This document shows positions 58,759 to 64,000 of a stretch of 64,000 nt of DNA, in pieces. Each line of letters begins with the position of its first letter. Within the stretch, counting starts at the first letter, position 1. The stretch is from Fidelibacterota bacterium (GTDB lineage: Bacteria; Fidelibacterota; UBA2242). The translations under genes were made by a program, and so were the position numbers. A model generated the notes under the pieces. It saw nothing but the letters and a program-made list of their open reading frames with translations, had not been told where the DNA came from and searched no databases. The stretch is taken from positions 1,934 to 65,933 of the forward strand of contig JADHWC010000004.1 of assembly GCA_016783665.1 (NCBI GenBank), read 5' to 3'.

Positions 58759-58787
58759 AATGTATTGAGGTTTGGATTAAATGTCAA
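58759..58787 (-). promoter_or_regulatory. Sigma70 promoter of the ABC-GntR operon
   Basis: Minus strand TTGACA, 17 bp, TACATT. Confidence 0.75.
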
Positions 58788-58896
58788 GTGTTTTTTTGAA
58801 ATCGGGCGGGATTTGTTTCTATTGTGAAAATATCTGGTACAAGATTACTCGTACCAAAACTAGCACCGATCAATTATCCTGAATATTGTGCTTGGA

Positions 58897-58916
58897 TAAT
58901 TAGGCGCGCCTAATTA
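58897..58916. promoter_or_regulatory. DtxR-family operator candidate
   Basis: Perfect 20-bp palindrome TAATTAGGCGCGCCTAATTA (TTAGG-N4-CCTAA) upstream of the DtxR-like gene. Confidence 0.8.
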
Positions 58917-58945
58917 AATTAGGGGTGTTTAGTGGTGAGGATGAT

Positions 58946-59704
58946 ATGGTAAAGCAATTACTCTCTGAAAGTCAACAGGATTATCTGAAAATTGTACTCG
59001 ATCTGATCAATGAAAAAAAGGTGGCGAGAACTAAAGAGATTGCGCATCGTAAAGGCGTAAGCATGCCCTCAGTAACAGAGGCAATGCAAAAATTGTCGCA
59101 GGAAAATTATGTTCAATATTCTGCCAGGGAATTTATTGAACTGACCCCAAAAGGCGAAGAAGCGGCTCTCAGGCTGACCAGCAAATATGCCTTTTTGAAG
59201 CATTTTCTTGTAGATGTGCTCGGCATTCAGGATGAAATCGCCGACAAAGATGCCTGCAAACTCGAACACCATCTCAATAAATCTACACTCGACCGTTTTA
59301 TTCTGCTCTACCAGTTTCTAACTGAATGTCCGAAAAGCGATAAACGCACGATTAATTTGTTCAAGGAATGCATCAAAGCGGCAGAGGGGGATTTTTTATG
59401 TGATTCTGACTGCAAGTCCTGTTTTATTTCAAGCAATTTTCCCCATCGTTTTGGTGAAAAAACAATACATACCTTGTTGTCGAAGCTAAATCGTGGACAA
59501 AAAGGACGAGTAATCATGCTGGGTCCGGATTCGGAAATACGGCTTTCACTGATCGATAAAGGTCTTTTGCCGGGTAGTGAGTTCCATGTCGAAGAAATCG
59601 GTGATGCAAACAGACCTTTCGTCGTTCAGACCGATGGTTGTCTGATCGAATTGGATGAGGAGGCGGCAAAAATGATCGAAGTGGCTATTGAACAACCGGA
59701 ATAA
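58946..59704 (+). CDS. DtxR/MntR-family metal-dependent repressor with C-terminal FeoA domain
   Basis: QDYLKIV, KEIAHRKGVSMPSVTEAMQKL, ELTPKG, DACKLEHHL, RLSLIDKGLLPGSEF. Confidence 0.9.
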   Translation: MVKQLLSESQQDYLKIVLDLINEKKVARTKEIAHRKGVSMPSVTEAMQKLSQENYVQYSAREFIELTPKGEEAALRLTSKYAFLKHFLVDVLGIQDEIADKDACKLEHHLNKSTLDRFILLYQFLTECPKSDKRTINLFKECIKAAEGDFLCDSDCKSCFISSNFPHRFGEKTIHTLLSKLNRGQKGRVIMLGPDSEIRLSLIDKGLLPGSEFHVEEIGDANRPFVVQTDGCLIELDEEAAKMIEVAIEQPE

Positions 59705-59720
59705 TGGATTGGATTTTAAT

Positions 59721-59978
59721 TTGAAAACAAAACAGTCAGATGACCGCGTAAAACTTTTGTCCGAGCTGGAAACCGGGGGCCGTTTCAAAATAATTAAGAT
59801 AAATGCCGGGGGCGAAATCCGCCGAAGATTGCTGGATATTGGATTTATTAAAAACCAGGAGGGCAAAATCATTCGGGAGGCATTGCTCCGAGATCCTATA
59901 GAACTTGAGATCAAGGGAACAATGGTTTCCCTGCGCCGGTCCGAAGCCAGACTCATTAATGTTGTGGAGCAGGATTGA
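59721..59978 (+). CDS. feoA: Ferrous iron transport protein A; start uncertain
   Basis: RRRLLDIGF, ALLRDPIELEIKGTMVSLRRSEA. Confidence 0.88.
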   Translation: MKTKQSDDRVKLLSELETGGRFKIIKINAGGEIRRRLLDIGFIKNQEGKIIREALLRDPIELEIKGTMVSLRRSEARLINVVEQD

Positions 59979-62128
59979 ATATTCCGGGCGATCAGATGCA
60001 ACGGCGTATGAGGCGGCGTTTTGGACGCCGGAAACCTGCTCCAGGCCAAAATATCATTCGCATTGCGCTGGCTGGTAATCCTAATTCCGGGAAAACCAGT
60101 ATTTTTAATGCCCTGACCGGTCAACGGCAGCATATCGGCAACTATCCCGGTGTTACAGTTGAGAAAAAGTCCGCTATTATTAGTGTCGATGAAAAACATG
60201 TAGAATTCATCGATCTGCCGGGCACTTATAGTCTCAGCGCTTATTCTCTCGAGGAGGTTGTTTCCCGGGATTTTGTACTGCATGAAAAACCCGATGTCAT
60301 TATTGATATTCTGGATTCGACAAATTTAGAACGGCATTTATATCTTCTTCTGCAATTCCAGGAGCTTGGAGTGCCGATCGTTGGCGCCCTGAACATGACC
60401 GACGAAGCCAACGCTAAAGGCATTAAAATCGATAGCGATGTGCTGGGATCAATTCTGGGAATTCCATTTGTGAAAACTGTCGGCAGCACCGGTTTTGGGA
60501 TTGACCGGCTGTTAGATATAGCTATCAAGGTAGCCGAAAAACAGATCGAATCAAACAGGCGCCACCTGAATTATGGTAAACGAGTTGAATTAGCGCATAA
60601 TGCCCTGATAGAGACATTGATAATGGACGACTCTTTTGAATCCCGGTATTCAATGCACTGGATCGCAATTAAGTTGTTAGAAAAAGACCGTGATGCAATC
60701 GAAAAAATAAAAAAGGAACATCATCTTTCCGATCTGGTATTGCAGGTTGCCGGAGAATTGCAGAAGCGGCTGGAAAAACAGTTTGCGGAAGATTGCGAAG
60801 TCATTATTGGCGAGCAGCGATACGCGTATATTCATGGAGCCATAAAAGAGACCGTATCCCTGCCCGGGCACAGCACCGGAATAGACTTTACGGAAAAGAT
60901 TGATCGCATTGTCTTAAACCGGTTTTTGGGGGTTCCCATATTTTTGGGCATAATGTTTGTCATTTATCAACTGACATTCAGCTTTGGCAATCCATTGGCC
61001 GACGGCATATCGATATTCTTTACAAGGATGTCGCTCTTTTTGACCAGGGTTTTACCGGACGGACCATTACAAGAACTATTGACCAATGGGATCATCAATG
61101 GCGTTGGCGGCGTGCTGACCTTTTTACCCATTATCTTGCTGTTATTCCTGGGACTATCATTTCTTGAGGACACCGGCTATATGGCGCGGGCGGCGTTCGT
61201 TATGGATAAATTTTTTCACGTGTTCGGGATGCACGGTCGCAGTTTTATTCCCTTTATGATTTCCACCGGTTGCGCCGTGCCGGGCATCATGAGCGCCAGA
61301 GTGCTTGCCAACCGAAAAGATCGAATTGTGACGATTATGGTGTCGCCGCTGATGATGTGTGGCGCTAAAGCTCCGGTTATCGCCATGCTTGTAGCGGCTT
61401 TTTTCCCCGACAATGCCACCCTGATTTTCTGGAACATCTGGCTGTTTGGATGGGTTACGGCATTTTTAATTGCTTTGATTTTCAGGAAAACTCTTTTTAA
61501 AGGAGAACAAACGCCCTTTGTCATGGAGCTGCCGCCCTATCGCCGACCTCTGTTAAAAAGCGTTATTCTCCACATGTGGGAAAAATCCTCGGAATATATA
61601 AAGAAAGCCGGAACCGTGATTTTAGCGGCATCAATAATTATCTGGTTTTTGTTATCGTATCCGAAACCACCGTTGGCAAACAATGGTTTTTATAACAATA
61701 ATATTCCATCTGTAGAATATAGTTTTGCCGGGCGTATGGGGAAAGGATTGGAGCCAGTAATTAATTGGGCTGGATTTGACTGGAAAATCGGCGTCAGCCT
61801 GATTGCCGGTGTTGCCGCAAAAGAGGTTATCATCTCCACTATGGGAATATTGTACGGGATTGACGAAGACATTTCAGCGCAGCAATCTCATGTGGATTTT
61901 ATGGTTAAAGATAAGTTAAAGAACGATCCCGCTTATTCACCGTTAATGGCGCTTGCCCTGATGATATTTATAATGGTTTATATTCCCTGCCTAGCAACGT
62001 TAGCCATGGTTAAAAAGGAATTGGGCTCCTGGAAATGGCCGTTTTTACAAGCCGGTTATACACTGCTGGTGGCATTTATTATGGCTGTCGGAATTTTTCA
62101 GCTGGGCAGTTTGCTGGGATTCGGATGA
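59975..62128 (+). CDS. feoB: Ferrous iron transport protein B
   Basis: GNPNSGKT, NYPGVTVEK, DLPGTYSL, LERHLYL, FVMELPPYR, FIMVYIPCLAT. Confidence 0.97.
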   Translation: MNIPGDQMQRRMRRRFGRRKPAPGQNIIRIALAGNPNSGKTSIFNALTGQRQHIGNYPGVTVEKKSAIISVDEKHVEFIDLPGTYSLSAYSLEEVVSRDFVLHEKPDVIIDILDSTNLERHLYLLLQFQELGVPIVGALNMTDEANAKGIKIDSDVLGSILGIPFVKTVGSTGFGIDRLLDIAIKVAEKQIESNRRHLNYGKRVELAHNALIETLIMDDSFESRYSMHWIAIKLLEKDRDAIEKIKKEHHLSDLVLQVAGELQKRLEKQFAEDCEVIIGEQRYAYIHGAIKETVSLPGHSTGIDFTEKIDRIVLNRFLGVPIFLGIMFVIYQLTFSFGNPLADGISIFFTRMSLFLTRVLPDGPLQELLTNGIINGVGGVLTFLPIILLLFLGLSFLEDTGYMARAAFVMDKFFHVFGMHGRSFIPFMISTGCAVPGIMSARVLANRKDRIVTIMVSPLMMCGAKAPVIAMLVAAFFPDNATLIFWNIWLFGWVTAFLIALIFRKTLFKGEQTPFVMELPPYRRPLLKSVILHMWEKSSEYIKKAGTVILAASIIIWFLLSYPKPPLANNGFYNNNIPSVEYSFAGRMGKGLEPVINWAGFDWKIGVSLIAGVAAKEVIISTMGILYGIDEDISAQQSHVDFMVKDKLKNDPAYSPLMALALMIFIMVYIPCLATLAMVKKELGSWKWPFLQAGYTLLVAFIMAVGIFQLGSLLGFG

Positions 62129-62132
62129 TAGC

Positions 62133-62318
62133 ATGCTTTTACAGTGGATCATAGTGGGAATAATTATTGTTGCTGCGGCAACTGTTCTGTTAATCAGATT
62201 TTTAAAAACGATCAAAAAACCACAATCGGTTTGCGATAGCTGCATGATGAAGGATCGGTGTTTGACGGACTTTGATTTTGCCGATAATGAATCAGATGAC
62301 TTTCCCTGTCGGGAGTAA
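62133..62318 (+). CDS. FeoB-associated Cys-rich small membrane protein
   Basis: 61 aa, N-terminal TM, CDSCMMKDRC. Confidence 0.75.
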   Translation: MLLQWIIVGIIIVAAATVLLIRFLKTIKKPQSVCDSCMMKDRCLTDFDFADNESDDFPCRE

Positions 62319-62330
62319 GCCTTTTATTCT

Positions 62331-62459
62331 GGTTGCAGGGCTCCTGCTCTGCAACCGATACGGATAGTCTGTCCCAGAGCACCTGCCCGACCTGTCAGGC
62401 GGGAAGCCCCGGAACGAGAACGAAAATGACCTTCCGAAGGTTTTAAACCTTCGGAAGGT
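62331..62459. repeat. Cluster of REP/MITE-like palindromes
   Basis: ggttgcag...ctgcaacc (62331-62356), cctgcccg...caggcggg (62382-62403), and perfect accttccgaaggttt-t-aaaccttcggaaggt (62429-62459). Confidence 0.7.
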
Positions 62460-62590
62460 TTGGATAGTGCTTGTTGATTTTATAATTGTGAAATAATTCC
62501 TGCCTTAACAGCAATTTTTGCTGTATTTCTCTATATCCTGCAATATATATGATAATTTGCCCTGTTTTTACTTTTATTCCAGTAAATATC

Positions 62591-62671
62591 CTTGAACATC
62601 GCCGGTTTATGCTTGACCGGCAAGATTATCGAATTCATTTGATCAGTGTCCGGTTATGCCAGCCGTTAGAT
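62591..62671 (-). other. Degenerate attC-like site of cassette 3
   Basis: Minus strand ATCTAAC-ggctg-gcataaccggac ... gccggtcaagc ... GTTCAAG. Right arm is imperfect. Confidence 0.5.
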
Positions 62672-63595
62672 TTCAAAATTCTATCTAGCTTTTAGACGTC
62701 CTTCTTCGAGATTTCTTAGGAGGCATTTTCTTTTCTATTGTTGTTTTCGGTACTGGTGTTCTTCCAGAAGCTTTAGGTTTTTTAACTGAGACTTTTTTAG
62801 CAGTAGCTTTCTTTTTTGCTGTCCTCTCTGTGACTGGAGATTTGCTTTTAGTTATTTCTTTAGTGACGGGACTCTCAATAGAATTCACTTTCTGCTCTGT
62901 ACCATTCTGTTCAGCTTTCTTGCGCGCTTCCTCAAACGATTTAAGTGCTTGCAATGCTTGTTGGTACGGTGCGACATCACGAATAACACAGACGCCTGGT
63001 AGGGATTCACCAGTGGCTCTATTCGGTATATAGGCGGAAACGACTCCACATATTTCCGTGATATCTCCGACAATAGTGAACGCTGGCCCACCGCTGACAC
63101 CATTTATTGCAACACCATCTACGAGATAAGAGCTTTTCCCTTCGAGCCAGGAGCTAATTCTTCCTGTAAAAAAGCATAAATCATCTGGTGCAATGGCTGG
63201 AAAACCACACCAACCTATCTCTACACCCTGTTTCTTTCGTTTATCCTTGTCTATCACTTGCAAAGAGTTTTTCTCAATAGGACACTTCTCGGGATGAAAT
63301 AGGATTATAGCAAGGTCTACGGATGGGTATGTAAAAATCACCCTATTTGCCATTTTTAACATCTTTGTCTCTTTCGAAGCGTAATGAAATAGCTTGATAG
63401 GATCCTCCCAATCATATGCATGTTCGATAACATGAAGTGCCGTTGCCACTCCGCAGAATCCCGTTGATTCTCTATAGAATAACTGAAAGCCTGTCCCAGA
63501 ACCTCGTGGAGTAGACACCTTAAATACATATGGCTTAATCAACTCCAGTGCTTTTGTCCAGGTGATGCTAGTCATAATGTTCTCCTGAAATCTAA
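62597..63595 (-). mobile_element. Probable solitary integron-type gene cassette 3
   Basis: 12-bp perfect inverted pair cgttagatttca (62664-62675) and tgaaatctaacg (63586-63597) brackets a single ORF. GTTAGAT core lies directly before an AGGAG RBS. Confidence 0.65.
62685..63575 (-). CDS. Trypsin-like serine protease with Lys/Arg-rich low-complexity C-terminal tail
   Basis: GSGTGF, TALHVI (His), DLAII (Asp), NGVSGGP (Ser). No signal peptide. Tail KKKATAKKVSVKKPKASG...KKSRRRTSKS. Confidence 0.8.
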   Translation of the reverse strand: MTSITWTKALELIKPYVFKVSTPRGSGTGFQLFYRESTGFCGVATALHVIEHAYDWEDPIKLFHYASKETKMLKMANRVIFTYPSVDLAIILFHPEKCPIEKNSLQVIDKDKRKKQGVEIGWCGFPAIAPDDLCFFTGRISSWLEGKSSYLVDGVAINGVSGGPAFTIVGDITEICGVVSAYIPNRATGESLPGVCVIRDVAPYQQALQALKSFEEARKKAEQNGTEQKVNSIESPVTKEITKSKSPVTERTAKKKATAKKVSVKKPKASGRTPVPKTTIEKKMPPKKSRRRTSKS

Positions 63596-63681
63596 CGATG
63601 TCTATGTTACGTCACCGCTCATTAACACTTTCAAAATTGCAAGCAAATCCTTTCATTGAAATAAAACGAAAGGAGCATTAA

Positions 63682-64000
63682 ATGAATCAAAATCAACTCG
63701 ACCAAAAACGTGAATGGATCAAAGGCAAGTTTATTGTCGGGATTGACCCAGCCAGAGACAAACATCAGGCTTTCATGATCGACGGCAGTGGTTATGCAGT
63801 TGGTAAGACGTTCAGTTTTACTCATAATGCAAAAGGATTTCATGAACAGTTATGGTTTAAACTCAGCAAGTATTTGGAACCTGAATTTATCCACCCTGAC
63901 CATCTCATCTTTGCAGTAGAAGCCGCAATCGATTTCTGGCAACAATTAGTAGATTATCTTTATCGGCAGGGGTATTCAGTTGTCATTGTCAGTCCTTTGA
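63682..64000 (+). mobile_element. IS110-family transposase/recombinase, 5' part (truncated by window edge)
   Basis: Manual translation after an AAGGAG RBS: MNQNQLDQKREWIKGKFIVGIDPARDKHQAFMID...FTHNAKGF...FAVEAAIDFWQQLVDYLYRQGYSVVIVSPL, containing the GID and VEA residues of the DEDD RuvC domain. Not in the ORF track. Confidence 0.85.

Noticed and set aside
63631-63843. 70-aa minus-strand ORF in the track
   Set aside because: It is antisense to the IS110 transposase reading frame, which has the RBS and catalytic motifs.
1-64000. CRISPR array, rRNA or tRNA genes
   Set aside because: No regularly spaced direct repeats with unique spacers. No cloverleaf with a T-loop GTTCRA and CCA end. No rRNA-like conserved stretches in any intergenic gap.

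Overview
A 64-kb bacterial chromosomal segment that is mostly gene-dense housekeeping and envelope DNA. SprA, two PorV-family genes, FlgD-like C-terminal domains, an archaeal-type ProRS and an exbB-exbD-exbD-tonB cluster suggest an FCB-superphylum lineage outside Bacteroidota (for example Marinisomatota, KSB1 or Calditrichota); this assignment is inference only. In order: a TonB-dependent receptor with a partial DUF4249-like lipoprotein; a DUF401 membrane protein; an unusual tdh-acpS-acsA-ACP-kbl-GT-GT cluster whose last glycosyltransferase is split by a complete IS1634 element (13-bp TIRs, TTAT target duplication); a long minus-strand block (pseudo-kinase, two hybrid histidine kinases, sigma54 response regulator, lipoprotein, TPR protein, Opp/Dpp ABC importer, Na/Pi symporter with PhoU, proS, recO, rhomboid); an oxidoreductase-HGSNAT-GAF-ctp-exbB-exbD-exbD-tonB block; two integron-type gene cassettes with attC sites but no integrase; a rdgB-sprA-M28-prmA-lipoprotein-CTD protein-porV-porV operon (minimal T9SS-like); an unexplained structured GC-rich intergenic element; a YtrA-type GntR/ABC operon with its operator; a DtxR-feoA-feoB operon with a perfect 20-bp operator; REP-like palindromes; a third probable cassette encoding a trypsin-like protease with a basic tail; and the 5' end of an IS110-family transposase. 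No rRNA, tRNA or CRISPR array was seen. The best candidates for undescribed biology are the carrier-protein-linked Tdh/Kbl/glycosyltransferase cluster, the integrase-less cassettes, the minimal T9SS with a coupled glutaminyl-cyclase-like enzyme, and the TPR/Opp/phosphorelay block. All family calls come from motif recognition by eye; no database searches were run.
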